From Limisphaerales bacterium (GTDB lineage: Bacteria > Verrucomicrobiota > Verrucomicrobiia > Limisphaerales > SIBE01), in NCBI GenBank assembly GCA_044225505.1, contig JBGAIN010000015.1, positions 1 to 64,000 on the forward strand: DNA of 64,000 bases. The letters run 5' to 3'. The notes under the pieces are model-generated. The model was not told the origin of the DNA and did no database searches. It saw only the letters and a program-made list of their open reading frames with translations. The stretch's first letter is position 1. Each line of letters starts with the position of its first letter. This document shows, piece after piece, positions 28,555 through 39,084 of this stretch. The translations under genes were made by a program, and so were the position numbers.

Positions 28555-29663
28555 ACATCGCGATTGTGGTGGACAGTCTTGCGGTTGGCGGCGCGGAGCG
28601 CCAGGCGATCCTGTGCGTTTCCGAATTGCGCAAGCTGGGTCACTCTGTCGATTTAATCCATTACCATCCCAGGGTCGAGTTTGTTCAGATGTTAGAACGG
28701 AGCCAGGTTCAGCCGATCTATGTCGCTGCGGCTACTTTCGTTCAGCGATGTCGTCTGCTGCGCCAGCACTTCCTTCGGCGCGACTATGATGTTGTCCACG
28801 GCTTTAAGATGGCCGCGGAGGTCTACGCCGCCTTGGCGGGCGCTTGGGCTCGGGTGCCACGGCGCTTCGGATCTTACCGTTCCATATACGCTGCCAAGTT
28901 CAAATCGTGCTTAACCCACTTTCTCGTGGATAAGTTGTTGGACGGATGGATCGTGAACTCTCAGGTTGGCGCCGAGTCCATGGCCAAGCACACCCGGATC
29001 TCACTGCGGAAGATTCAGGTCGTACGAAATGCACTTCCGCCGGAGATGCTTTTGCCAACGACACCCTCGGATGGAGCAAAGCAAAGACTGGGTATTCCAA
29101 ACGATGCTTTGGTCGTGACTTCGATTGCGCGGCTGGAAGCACCCAAGAATCATCGGATGTTCTTAACGGCAGCCGCGCGCGTGAATCAGCGGTTCCCCGG
29201 CGTCTGTTTCTTGGTGATTGGGAAAGGCTCGCTGCTGGCGGAGCTTCGTCAGTTTGCCGCGGACCTTGGCTTGAGCGAGCGCGCGATATTTCTCGGAGAG
29301 CGATTCGACATTCCTGAAATTCTGGCCGCGACGGATATCTCCGTCTTGACAAGTGATTACGAAGGGCTTCCCAACGCGATTATTGAGGCAATGGCTGCGG
29401 GCAAGCCTGTCGTCTGCACAAGCTATCGCGGTCACGCCGAGATCATGACCCACGAATCGAATGCGTTGCTCTCGCCGTGCGGGGATGCGAATGCATTCGC
29501 GGGTCATCTCCTACGCCTCATCTCCGATCCACCACTTCGGCAGCGTCTGGGAAATAATGCCCGGCAATACGCTCGCGCGCAGTTTTCTCCCGAAGCGATG
29601 GCGCGTCAGTTGGAGTTTGTCTATAAGGGACGCGCTTCCGGGAGTGGTGTTAAGAAGTCGTAG
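28551..29663 (+). CDS. Glycosyltransferase family 4
   Basis: GGAERQ, ARLEAPKNH, FLGERFDIPEIL, EGLPNAIIEAMAAGKPVV. Confidence 0.94.
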   Translation: MNIAIVVDSLAVGGAERQAILCVSELRKLGHSVDLIHYHPRVEFVQMLERSQVQPIYVAAATFVQRCRLLRQHFLRRDYDVVHGFKMAAEVYAALAGAWARVPRRFGSYRSIYAAKFKSCLTHFLVDKLLDGWIVNSQVGAESMAKHTRISLRKIQVVRNALPPEMLLPTTPSDGAKQRLGIPNDALVVTSIARLEAPKNHRMFLTAAARVNQRFPGVCFLVIGKGSLLAELRQFAADLGLSERAIFLGERFDIPEILAATDISVLTSDYEGLPNAIIEAMAAGKPVVCTSYRGHAEIMTHESNALLSPCGDANAFAGHLLRLISDPPLRQRLGNNARQYARAQFSPEAMARQLEFVYKGRASGSGVKKS

Positions 29664-29678
29664 TTTCTGAGTTTTACC

Positions 29679-30638
29679 ATGCATAGCCTTGGATTGCCCC
29701 GGTGGCTGCATCGGGTTCATTACTGGAGCCGAATGTTTGCCGGGAACAGCTATTATCATCAACAACAGGCGCTTGGCCGAGCGTTTGTTCCCGGAGAGCT
29801 CAAAGGCTATTTCAATGACATGACCGGGAAGACTCAGTGGATCGGTCAGTGCGATTCGGAAGGGTTGCCCGTCAGTCGGTTATCCAATGGAACGACGATA
29901 CATTTCCCGATTCTCCTCTGCCAAAAGGCCTTGGGGCATTGGGATCTCTGGTTGCTCGAACGGCGCGACCGAGATCGCGAGGAGTTCTTGAAGATCGCGT
30001 GCTGGTTGAGAGACACCCAGGATTCTGCTGGCGGATGGGATACCTGGACCGCTTTGGGACAACCGCGCAAGTACGCTTACTCCGCCATGACTCAGGGCGA
30101 GGCGATATCCACTCTGGTCCGCGCTCATCGGTTAACGAACGATCCAAGTTTCGCCACAGCGTCAGAGCATGCAATGGTTGGGATGCGGAGGTCGTTGCAG
30201 GATGGGGGAGTTTGCATCTACGAAGCGGACCATGTGATTTTGGAGGAGTACCCTGGAACGAGGCGCGATACCGTTTTGAACGGATGGTTGTTTGCTTTCT
30301 TTGGCGTGCGAGATTATTTGCTGCAACTGCCGAATGCTGATGTTGAGAGTTTCTACCGAAGAACCTTGCGTTCATTGATTGAAATGCTGGGGGATTTTGA
30401 CGCTGGGTATTGGTCGTACTACAGCAGCGGCTCACAACGGCTAGCCAGCCCGTTCTATCATCGGCTTCACCTAAGTCAATTGGAGGCCCTCCGCCAGGTT
30501 GAAGACTCCTCGGTAATTCAATCAACATACGACCGATGGGCGGCTTACGATCGCAATTCGTTCTATCGAGCCTGGGCGGTATTCGTGAAAGGTTATCAGA
30601 AGCTACGCGAGCCCGATGAGATCACAATTATTGGTTGA
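29679..30638 (+). CDS. D-glucuronyl C5-epimerase family protein (C5-epim_C)
   Basis: YSAMTQGEAISTLVRAH, GGV…LEEYP…VLNGWLFAFFG, FDAGYWSYY, ASPFYHRLHLSQL match the conserved GLCE C-terminal domain motifs. Confidence 0.88.
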   Translation: MHSLGLPRWLHRVHYWSRMFAGNSYYHQQQALGRAFVPGELKGYFNDMTGKTQWIGQCDSEGLPVSRLSNGTTIHFPILLCQKALGHWDLWLLERRDRDREEFLKIACWLRDTQDSAGGWDTWTALGQPRKYAYSAMTQGEAISTLVRAHRLTNDPSFATASEHAMVGMRRSLQDGGVCIYEADHVILEEYPGTRRDTVLNGWLFAFFGVRDYLLQLPNADVESFYRRTLRSLIEMLGDFDAGYWSYYSSGSQRLASPFYHRLHLSQLEALRQVEDSSVIQSTYDRWAAYDRNSFYRAWAVFVKGYQKLREPDEITIIG

Positions 30639-31686
30639 TCCTCGCGAACGTCCGGCGCGAACAGCAGGCCTTTCTGTGCTTGCCGTGACGAATATGTACC
30701 CGACGCCCGAGAAGCCGGCTTGGGGAGTATTTGTTGAGCAGCAGGTTCAGGGCTTGCGCCAACTCGGAGTTAAAGTGGACGTGTTTTACGTCGATCGGAG
30801 GCAATATGGCATGCGATCCTACTATCGCATGGCGACGCCGCTGCGGGAGGCCGTGGCCCATTACAATCCGTCGATACTTCATGTCATGTATGGCGGCGTG
30901 ATGGCATCCAAAGTGACCTCTTGGCGGTGGCCTATCCCGAAGATTGTCACCTTCCACGGGTCTGACCTTCTTGGCGATAACTTGAGTGGATTCATTCGCA
31001 AATGGATCGGCCGTTACGGGGTTTACTGTTCAGGCCGGGCGGCGCGTAACGCGGATGGAGTTGTTGTGGTCGCCGGTCGGTTACGGCAAACTCTTGGTTC
31101 CCGCGTCCCGGAGTCAAAAATCCGAGTGATTCCTTGCGGGATTGACCTCAGTCGATTTCGGCCGATGGACAAATGGGGGTGTCAGGAGCAGCTAGGTTGG
31201 AACGACCAACATTTTCACGTTCTCTTTCCGGCTCACCAAAAAAATGCTGTTAAGCGTCCGTGGCTTGCCGAAGCGGCGGTCCAAGAGTTGCGTAAAACCG
31301 GGAGTTCGGTGGAGTTGCATTACTTGAACGGAGTTACAAATGCGGAGGTCCCGGTCTGGATCAATGCGAGTGACGTGGTCCTTCTGACATCGGCGCATGA
31401 AGGATCACCCACGGTCGTCAAAGAAGCGCTCGCCTGCAATGTGCCGGTCGTATCCGTCGATGTTGGCGATGTAGCAGAAAGGATTCGCGAGATCGAAGGC
31501 TGTTTCCTGGCTGCTCCTGACGCAACGGAACTTGCGGAAAAGCTGACGCTGGTAAGACAGCATAAAGCCCGAATCCATGGTCGCAACAAGATGCAGGAAC
31601 TCAGCATTGAAGCGAGCGCTCGAACACTTTCGAGTTTTTATGTCGAAATTCTCGACGCCATGCGCTGTTGCTCTGCCTCTTTCTAA
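30616..31686 (+). CDS. Glycosyltransferase family 4 (TuaC-like)
   Basis: VTNMYP…GVFVEQQV, TFHGSD, VIPCGID, EGSPTVVKEALACNVPVV. Confidence 0.9.
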   Translation: MRSQLLVDPRERPARTAGLSVLAVTNMYPTPEKPAWGVFVEQQVQGLRQLGVKVDVFYVDRRQYGMRSYYRMATPLREAVAHYNPSILHVMYGGVMASKVTSWRWPIPKIVTFHGSDLLGDNLSGFIRKWIGRYGVYCSGRAARNADGVVVVAGRLRQTLGSRVPESKIRVIPCGIDLSRFRPMDKWGCQEQLGWNDQHFHVLFPAHQKNAVKRPWLAEAAVQELRKTGSSVELHYLNGVTNAEVPVWINASDVVLLTSAHEGSPTVVKEALACNVPVVSVDVGDVAERIREIEGCFLAAPDATELAEKLTLVRQHKARIHGRNKMQELSIEASARTLSSFYVEILDAMRCCSASF

Positions 31687-31779
31687 AGCTGTTAAGCGTG
31701 CAGACCTGAACCCACCGTGCGAAAGGTCCCGCACGTTACGGCCTATTCTTTAATCAATTCACAAAGACCTCACGAATCT

Positions 31780-33123
31780 ATGAAGGTGTATATTTATGGC
31801 GCTGGCTACGTCGGTTGCGTTTCCGGCGCTTGTTTGGCAAAGATGGGACATAACGTCGTTGTCGTTGACGTGGTGCCATCCAAGGTGGATACCCTGCAGA
31901 GCGGGCGTAGCCCAATTCTGGAGCCGGGTTTGGACGAATTGGTCGCTTCCCAAGTGGGCGCTGGCCGACTCCGCGCAGAGGTGGCAGCGGAGAACAGTTC
32001 AAACGGGTTATTGGACGCCGACGTGGCAATAATCTGCATTGGCACACCGAGTCGTCCAAACGGTGTGATTGATACCCATGCGCTCAGACGCGTCTTCCAG
32101 ACGATCGCCAAGCAGGTCAGCCAACGGCAGCTGCCATTGACGGTGGTGGTTCGGTCCACGGCGTTGGCTCCGCTTCTAAGGCAGATCCTCGCGGAAACGG
32201 AACCCAAGGACGGTGCGGAAAAGATGCGTCTCGTAATTAACCCAGAGCTTCTCAGAGAAACCACGGCGATCGCTGACTTCTTTCATCCGCCGCTACTGGT
32301 TGCGGGTGGAGATGACGCATCAGCCGTGGATTTAGCTTTGCGTCTATATGATGGAATTGAGGCTCCGCGATATCGGGTCAGTCTTGAGACGGCGTCTATG
32401 TTGAAGTACACCTGCAATGCATTCCACGCTTTGAAAATCGCGTTTGCCAATGAGATCGATACCTTGGCCGCGCTGGTTGGAGCCAGCGGCGCTGAGGTGA
32501 TGAACCTGATGGTGCAAGACAAGGTGCTAAACATCTCGCCAGCATATCTGCGGCCGGGCTTTGCCTTTGGGGGATCGTGCTTGCCAAAAGACTTGCGGGC
32601 ACTAGAGGCTCTGGCTCGGGAAAACCATCAACCATTGCCCGTCCTTTCTGCCGTCTTGCCGAGCAATCGACGGCGGATTGACCAAGCTATAGAGGCAATT
32701 CTTTCCAGACCGGCTCGACGTCTCGGAATCATCGGTCTTACGTTCAAGACTGGCAGCGACGATTTGCGCGAAAGTCCCTACGTCGAGTTGGCGGAGAGAC
32801 TTCTTGGAAAAGGGTTCACAGTTAAGATCTACGATTCTGATCTCGATCCAAAACGCCTTGTGGGTGCGAATATGGCGCATGCCATGGAACGGTTGCCCCA
32901 TTTAGCGCGAATTCTGGTGGGATCGATCGAGGAGGTGTGCATGGAATCAGAGGCGGTGGTGCTCTGCAAACGTCTCATTTCTCCGCAAGCACTGCAGGCG
33001 GCATTGACTGAGAATATTGTCATTTACGACCTGGACCGGATGGTTAGTGTCACCGGCTCGAAGTGTGCTCAGGCCCAACCTATCCAGCATGCATTACAAC
33101 TAATTCCACATGGCCAAGCCTGA
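31780..33123 (+). CDS. UDP-glucose/GDP-mannose 6-dehydrogenase family protein (AlgD-like)
   Basis: GAGYVG, CIGTPS, VVRST, NPELLRE, KYTCNAFHALKIAFANEI, YLRPGFAFGGSCLPKD (catalytic Cys), FKTGSDDLRESP. Confidence 0.93.
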   Translation: MKVYIYGAGYVGCVSGACLAKMGHNVVVVDVVPSKVDTLQSGRSPILEPGLDELVASQVGAGRLRAEVAAENSSNGLLDADVAIICIGTPSRPNGVIDTHALRRVFQTIAKQVSQRQLPLTVVVRSTALAPLLRQILAETEPKDGAEKMRLVINPELLRETTAIADFFHPPLLVAGGDDASAVDLALRLYDGIEAPRYRVSLETASMLKYTCNAFHALKIAFANEIDTLAALVGASGAEVMNLMVQDKVLNISPAYLRPGFAFGGSCLPKDLRALEALARENHQPLPVLSAVLPSNRRRIDQAIEAILSRPARRLGIIGLTFKTGSDDLRESPYVELAERLLGKGFTVKIYDSDLDPKRLVGANMAHAMERLPHLARILVGSIEEVCMESEAVVLCKRLISPQALQAALTENIVIYDLDRMVSVTGSKCAQAQPIQHALQLIPHGQA

Positions 33124-34387
33124 TGCTCCCATGCTACGAAACGTTCTCATTCTGACACAATACTATTGGCCTGAGCCCGGGGCTCCTCAGATTCGCTTGC
33201 GCAATTTCGCCCGCGAACTGAAAGAACTCAAAATTGGGGTGCGAGTATTGACCGGAATGCCAAACTACCCGCTCGGTCGAATCTTCGATAACTACCGCGG
33301 ACGGTTTCGTATGAAAGAGTCCATCGATGGAATTCCTGTGGAGCGGGTCTGGCTTTACCCAGCAGCGGGACGAGGTTCGATCAAGCGGCTGCTCAACTAT
33401 CTCTCGTTCACGACGACGGTGGTTCCTTCACTGCTTTTTGGGCCGAAGCCAGACCTGGTATTTGTCGAAGCCCAACCGTTAACTCTGGCCTTTCCAGCGG
33501 CGGTGCTTTCGCTATTGCGCGGAGTACCGTATGTCTACAACACTCCCGATCTCCAAGTGGAGGTTGCTGCGGAAGGGAAGTGGATCGGAGCGGCTTGGTT
33601 GATTCGAGCGGCCAGGGCGATGGAGCGGATTTTGATGCGCCGCGCTTTGTCAGTCACCACCGTGACTCATGCCTTTATCGAACACTTCGTTCAAAACCGC
33701 GGTATACCTCGCACTCGGATCAGTTTTCTACCAAATGGTGCGGACATCGAGACGCTTCGTCCACTTCCCCATGATGATGGGTATGCCCGCACTTTGGGAA
33801 CAAATGGACGCAAAGTATTTACTTACGCTGGCACTCATGCTCATTACCAAGGCCTGGAAGTCATCGTTGCGGCGGCTAAGTTACTGCGCGATCGGAAGGA
33901 CATTGTGCTATTGATGGTCGGTAAGGGGCCAGTGCGAGATCAACTGATCCAGTCGGCTACCGAAGAGAACCTCGATAATATTCTATTTCGGGATTCTCCT
34001 TTTGAAGACATGCATCGGCTCATGTCGATCACGTATGGTTCGTTGGTAGTCCTCAAGAATATTCCGGCGTCGACCAAAATGCGGCTTTCCAAGGCTATTC
34101 CGCCGTTGGCCTGCGGTGTCCCCATCATCTACGCTGGGCTGGGCGAGAGTGCCGAAATCGTTCGCCGGGAGTGCTGTGGCGTGGTCGTTGAACCGGAGCG
34201 TCCAGATAGACTTGCGCAGGCAATTCGTGAACTGGCCGATCATCCTGAGCGTCGGAACGAAATGGGGCAGCGTGGGCGCAGTCTTGCGGAACGAGAGTTT
34301 TCCTGGCGCTTCTTGGTTCGAGACTGGCTTCGGCAGCTGACCTGCATCGAGGCAGGCGAGGATCCCCGCGTTCCAGGCATGGCCTAA
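33110..34387 (+). CDS. Glycosyltransferase family 4 (WbuB/WcaI-like)
   Basis: LTQYYWPEPGA, TGMPNYPLG, RLLNYLSF, YAGTHAHYQGLE, LACGVPII. Confidence 0.9.
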   Translation: MAKPDAPMLRNVLILTQYYWPEPGAPQIRLRNFARELKELKIGVRVLTGMPNYPLGRIFDNYRGRFRMKESIDGIPVERVWLYPAAGRGSIKRLLNYLSFTTTVVPSLLFGPKPDLVFVEAQPLTLAFPAAVLSLLRGVPYVYNTPDLQVEVAAEGKWIGAAWLIRAARAMERILMRRALSVTTVTHAFIEHFVQNRGIPRTRISFLPNGADIETLRPLPHDDGYARTLGTNGRKVFTYAGTHAHYQGLEVIVAAAKLLRDRKDIVLLMVGKGPVRDQLIQSATEENLDNILFRDSPFEDMHRLMSITYGSLVVLKNIPASTKMRLSKAIPPLACGVPIIYAGLGESAEIVRRECCGVVVEPERPDRLAQAIRELADHPERRNEMGQRGRSLAEREFSWRFLVRDWLRQLTCIEAGEDPRVPGMA

Positions 34388-34421
34388 TCCTTACAGGCCG
34401 AAAGTATTTGGTTTTTCGGGC

Positions 34422-34456
34422 AAGCCCGCTTGTGTTCAAGCGGGCTTTTGCTTTTT
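34422..34456 (+). terminator. Rho-independent terminator ending the EPS operon
   Basis: Perfect 11-bp stem AAGCCCGCTTG-tgtt-CAAGCGGGCTT followed by TTGCTTTTT, 35 nt after the last GT stop. Confidence 0.85.
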
Positions 34457-34565
34457 AAATTGGCGAATGGAAGCAGATAGGCGCGGACCAACAGTTTCTT
34501 AATTTTTTGGCGCGCGCGACAAAGGGCTCACAAATATCCCCACGAATCGACAAACGATAGGATCT

Positions 34566-35690
34566 CTACAAGGGAACGGCTTGCGAGGTGTTGCGCCGTC
34601 CAGTCATGGCTGGCGGTCCCGGAATCACTCGCTCAAGAAGGCCTTTGAGACGCTTGGCCCAGGGGATCTCGAGCTGGCGATTGATGAAATAGGCCGATAC
34701 GAGCATGATAGCGATCGTTCCCGCCACGATCATGCTGCTGCTGAATCGGGGATACAGGCGGTCAAACAAGATGAATCCAATGTGCTGGTGGATTAAGTAA
34801 AGCGGGTAGGTGAGGGCGCCTAACCAGAGCCACTTCGGGCTTCCAAAATCACGCCTCCGACTCACCACGATGGCTAAGAGCACGATATAGAATACGGAAA
34901 TCGTCAATGCAACCACGACGGCACTAATCGTCCCATGGTAGTAGGACGCGACCTCTGCAGCCTTCCGTACGCCAACGATGAGGGCTAATAAGTATGCCCC
35001 TAGCAAGACAAGCGCTTTGTAAAGGCTCCACCCCTCTTTCCACACGACATAAAACATCGCTCCGGAAACGAAATAGGCTGCGTAGTCCGGCGCAAACACT
35101 CCCGAATGCTTCACGGGCCACCATTCCGCCGCCGCCGATAATAATAACCAGCCTCCCAAGAACAGTTTCACCCGCTCAATTTGCCCGAAAAGTAACACCG
35201 CCAATACCATTGCGTAAAACCGGAGTTCAATAAACAGAGACCAATAAACTCCGTCAATGGAGGCGACCCCCACAAACTCATTCAACATCGTCATGTTCAC
35301 CGCATATTGCCGCCAAGTCACGGCGTAATGGGTTCCGCCAATAAGCAGACTTGTCAGGAAGGTCAGCGTGCAACAGACCCAAAATGCGGGAAACAGTCGC
35401 ACCATTCGAGAGATCACGAACGCTCGCGCAGAACCTTTGGAGGCTGTCATTAGGATAACGAAGCCACTGATCATGAAGAAAAGGTCGACCCCAAGGTATC
35501 CGTACTTGGCAACTGGAGCCAAACTCGGGCAGGGCATTTTGGTCTTCGCGGCCGCATAACCGGCAAAACCATAATGGAAAAGGACGACGCAGCAGGCTGC
35601 CAAGAACCTAAGCAAATCGATCTCGTAGAAACGGGCTTGTTTCGTTGCGGTCATCCAGTATTTGAAGGCTGCCCGACCTATCCAAGACAT
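34566..35690 (-). CDS. Acyltransferase family 3 (OafA-like membrane O-acyltransferase)
   Basis: IDLLRFLAACCVVLFH, GVDLFFMISGFVI, RMVRLFP, YWSLFIELRFY, LGALTYPLYLIH. Confidence 0.93.
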   Translation of the reverse strand: MSWIGRAAFKYWMTATKQARFYEIDLLRFLAACCVVLFHYGFAGYAAAKTKMPCPSLAPVAKYGYLGVDLFFMISGFVILMTASKGSARAFVISRMVRLFPAFWVCCTLTFLTSLLIGGTHYAVTWRQYAVNMTMLNEFVGVASIDGVYWSLFIELRFYAMVLAVLLFGQIERVKLFLGGWLLLSAAAEWWPVKHSGVFAPDYAAYFVSGAMFYVVWKEGWSLYKALVLLGAYLLALIVGVRKAAEVASYYHGTISAVVVALTISVFYIVLLAIVVSRRRDFGSPKWLWLGALTYPLYLIHQHIGFILFDRLYPRFSSSMIVAGTIAIMLVSAYFINRQLEIPWAKRLKGLLERVIPGPPAMTGRRNTSQAVPL

Positions 35691-36003
35691 TTGTCAGGCA
35701 GGAGAACGAGCCGGCAGAATAATAGCAAAATCCAATTCAGAGCTCAAGCCGGACGTTGGGGCTATCGCTCGACCGATAGGACCCCTCGGACGGCCTTTCT
35801 CATTTTTCACGCACAATCGTCGGGTGAAGAGGCAGGCTCATGCTAACGCCTTGTGACCCTAGTGCTTTTCGGTATTCACGGGAATCGCGTTCGAAGTGAA
35901 TGTCGACGCCAGACTTGCGCGAAGGGTTTCTCACGGCCAGATTAGGGCCTCGCCTCGATGTCCGGAGCAAACGAGAACCGCCCGGGGTCGAAGTGCGCTA
36001 ACT

Positions 36004-36534
36004 ATGGAGTCATCCGCTCTGACGCACAATCCGTTTGCGGTCCTAACCTTTATTGTTGCGCCTGCTCTTCTTACGAACACTTCCAGTGTGCTCGCCATGA
36101 GTACGATCAACCGGATGCTAAGGACTCGGGATCGAATGCATGAACTTTTTACCAAATCAGAGGCGGGCGATTTAGGGGCCGAGGGAGGACGGCTCGTCGA
36201 GCAAGTCAACCGAGTCGAGAAGCAAGCCAGCTTGCTTTTGGGTGCGTTGCGCGCGATCTACGTCGCACTCGGCTCGTTTGCGGGAGCCACGCTGGCGACA
36301 TTGCTGGGGACGAGTTTGGCTGCGTTTCCCGGTGTGCCATGGTTCCGCGGGTTTGCTGCGATGGGACTGTTGCTGGGGTTCACCGGAGTGGTTTCGCTGG
36401 CTGTCGGTTGTTCCTCTTTGTTTCGGGCGACTCGGTTATCGTTGATTAGTATTCACGAAGAGGCGGACATCATTCGTGAACGTGTCGGCCAAGGGGCTGT
36501 TCCTGATCCCGCCGCTTCACTTCGTGAGCGATAG
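36004..36534 (+). CDS. DUF2721-like membrane protein
   Basis: VLTFIVAPALL…STINRMLRTRDR, followed by two further TM helices. Start is placed at MESSAL. Confidence 0.7.
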   Translation: MESSALTHNPFAVLTFIVAPALLTNTSSVLAMSTINRMLRTRDRMHELFTKSEAGDLGAEGGRLVEQVNRVEKQASLLLGALRAIYVALGSFAGATLATLLGTSLAAFPGVPWFRGFAAMGLLLGFTGVVSLAVGCSSLFRATRLSLISIHEEADIIRERVGQGAVPDPAASLRER

Positions 36535-36617
36535 AATTGGTATTTTATCTGGGGAGAAACGCATCAACAGGGCGAATCCATTTGACTTAGCCTTGTCTCT
36601 CCCAAAGATTCGCGCGC

Positions 36618-37358
36618 ATGGATTGGATCACCAACCCGGAAATTTGGATTAGCCTCGTGACATTGACGTTGCTGGAGATTGTCTTAGGCATCGACAATAT
36701 CGTTTTCATCTCGATTCTTTCCGGCAAGCTGCCGCCGGAGGAGCAAAAACGTGCTCGTCGTTTGGGCCTTGGCCTGGCTTTGATCACCCGCATATTGCTT
36801 CTCGTCGGCTTGGCTTGGATGGTTCGTTTGACCAGCCCACTCTTCCATGTCTTCGGCCAAGCGGTTTCTGGCCGAGATCTGATTTTGTTGGTCGGTGGTT
36901 TGTTTCTGTTGGGAAAATCAACTCACGAGATCCACGACCGATTGGAAGGTGAAGATGGAGAAGTCACGACGCGAATTGCACCGCGCTTTAGCGCGATTAT
37001 CGTGCAAATCTTGCTCTTGGATATCGTGTTTTCTCTCGATTCCGTCATTACCGCGGTTGGGATGGTGCGACAGATCCCAGTGATGATTGCAGCGGTGATT
37101 ATTGCGATGATTTTCATGTTAGTCTTTGTGAACAAGGTGAGCGCCTTTATTGATCGGCATCCTACGATCAAGATGCTCGCCTTGAGCTTTCTCATTTTGA
37201 TCGGTTGCGCTCTTATCGCTGAGGGCCTACATCGCGAGGTCCCGAAAGGTTATATCTACTTTGCCATGGCGTTTTCCTTGGGGGTGGAAATGCTTAATAT
37301 CCGTTCCAAGTCGAAGGCAAAGGCCTCAAAAGTGGAATTACACCAACCTTATCGGTAG
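36618..37358 (+). CDS. TerC family membrane protein
   Basis: LEIVLGIDNIVFISI, GRDLILLVGGLFL, LDIVFSLDSVITAVG, PKGYIYFAMAFS. Confidence 0.94.
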   Translation: MDWITNPEIWISLVTLTLLEIVLGIDNIVFISILSGKLPPEEQKRARRLGLGLALITRILLLVGLAWMVRLTSPLFHVFGQAVSGRDLILLVGGLFLLGKSTHEIHDRLEGEDGEVTTRIAPRFSAIIVQILLLDIVFSLDSVITAVGMVRQIPVMIAAVIIAMIFMLVFVNKVSAFIDRHPTIKMLALSFLILIGCALIAEGLHREVPKGYIYFAMAFSLGVEMLNIRSKSKAKASKVELHQPYR

Positions 37359-37422
37359 ATTCAAGCGAGCTCAGAAGTGCGACGATGCCAGGCGCCATGG
37401 TCTATTGAGGCTTTCATAAAGT

Positions 37423-38853
37423 GTGAAGACCGTCATCCATTGGTTCCGGCGCGATCTGAGAATCACGGACAACACCGCGCTAAGTGTGGCAAGCGCACGG
37501 GCCGAGCGTGTCGTTCCGGTCTTTGTCTTGGAAGATGCGTTTCGCACTGGGCCTGACGTTGGCGCCGCCCGCTTGGGATTTCTCTTGGAATCCCTAAAGT
37601 GTTTGCAGATGAATCTGGCAGCGCTAGGGTTTCCGTTGATTCTGCGATTCGGTCGGTCGGATGATGTTCTCCCGGCGTTGTGTCTGGAGTTGAAGGCGGA
37701 GGCGGTCTTCTGTAATCGCCGGTACGAACCCTACGCGAGCGCGCGGGATGAGCGAATCGGAAGATCGCTTGGTGAGATCGGCGTTGCTTTTGAGGTCTTC
37801 AAGGATGCCGTCGTATGGGAAGGACGAGACCTACTGACTGGCTCCGGCGCGGCCTATACCGTCTTTACGCCCTATGCCAAGAAGTGGCGGACCGAGAGCG
37901 TGCCGCAGCCACGACCGGCACTGAGTGGCAAGGCAGCGGCGCCAACCTCCATCCCTACGGAGTCCATTCCGGCCGGGCCAGAACAGTTGGGCGGTCATGC
38001 TCTCAGGCACTCCATTCCAAAGGCGGGCGAAAGAGCCGGGCAGGAGTGTCTTCGACATTTTCTAGCAGAGTCAGTTGGCTCATACAGCAATGTTCGAGAT
38101 TTTCCAGCGCTTGATGGGACGTCGCACCTCTCCGCTCATCTTCGTTGCGGAACAATTGGGATTCGCACGGTCCTGGCCAAACTCTCGGCAGCGCGCCGAT
38201 CGGCAACAAGTCAAGCCGAGCGAACAGGTTGCGACGTTTTTCTGAATGAATTGATTTGGCGGGAATTCTTTTTGCAAATTCTAGCTAACTTTCCCAGAGT
38301 TATGAAAGAGAGTTTTCGACCGCAATATACTCGCCTAGAATGGTCCAACGAGGAGAGCCATTTTCAGGCTTGGTGCGAAGGGCAGACAGGGTACCCGATT
38401 GTCGATGCGGCGATGCGTTGTCTGAACGCCACAGGGTGGATGCATAATCGCCTGCGCATGATCACGGCCATGTTCCTGACAAAAGACCTTCTAATCAACT
38501 GGCAGCGTGGCGAGCGCTACTTCATGCATCGATTGGTGGACGGAGATATGGCGGCCAATAATGGCGGTTGGCAATGGTCAGCGGGTACTGGGACGGATGC
38601 TGCCCCCTATTTCAGAATTTTTAACCCGGTTTCTCAAGGTGAACGATTTGATCCAGGAGGAGCATTTGTGCGTCAGTGGGTGCCAGAATTGGCCGGTTTG
38701 CCCGACGATACCGTGCACCAGCCTTGGAGAGACGCGGTTTGGGCAGCCCGGGCCAGCTATCCGAAGCCGATTGTCGACCATACGGTGCAACGGGAAAAGT
38801 GCTTGAGGATGTACCAAGCGGTAGGGACTAAACCCACCCAAATTAGTAAATGA
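37423..38853 (+). CDS. phrB: Deoxyribodipyrimidine photolyase (class I CPD photolyase)
   Basis: WFRRDLRITDN, TSHLSAHLRCG, ELIWREF, GQTGYPIVDAAMR, GWMHNRLRM, NNGGWQWSAGTG, PYFRIFNP. Confidence 0.93.
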   Translation: MKTVIHWFRRDLRITDNTALSVASARAERVVPVFVLEDAFRTGPDVGAARLGFLLESLKCLQMNLAALGFPLILRFGRSDDVLPALCLELKAEAVFCNRRYEPYASARDERIGRSLGEIGVAFEVFKDAVVWEGRDLLTGSGAAYTVFTPYAKKWRTESVPQPRPALSGKAAAPTSIPTESIPAGPEQLGGHALRHSIPKAGERAGQECLRHFLAESVGSYSNVRDFPALDGTSHLSAHLRCGTIGIRTVLAKLSAARRSATSQAERTGCDVFLNELIWREFFLQILANFPRVMKESFRPQYTRLEWSNEESHFQAWCEGQTGYPIVDAAMRCLNATGWMHNRLRMITAMFLTKDLLINWQRGERYFMHRLVDGDMAANNGGWQWSAGTGTDAAPYFRIFNPVSQGERFDPGGAFVRQWVPELAGLPDDTVHQPWRDAVWAARASYPKPIVDHTVQREKCLRMYQAVGTKPTQISK

Positions 38854-39084
38854 CCATTTAAGGCGAGGGATTAAGTTACCGTGGCCTGGAGCCGCAGGCG
38901 GCTCTCACTGTTCCAGGATAGATCACCCCGTTGGCCATCAGGCAGCGACCTTTGGCTCATCTCGAACGGAATCTTCTTCTTTTGACACCGGTCAACGCTT
39001 GGCCCACCCCGGGGGGGCAGAATCCAGCCGCAGCAATTAACCGCGGCGCCTTTGTCGTGAGATCAAGCGTGAAGAAGAACGATC

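Noticed and set aside
38854..39084. Possible Trp attenuator or riboswitch upstream of trpB2 (hairpin GAGCCGC-ag-GCGGCTC)
   Set aside because: No Trp-rich leader peptide or T-box motifs were seen; the hairpin may just end the photolyase transcript.
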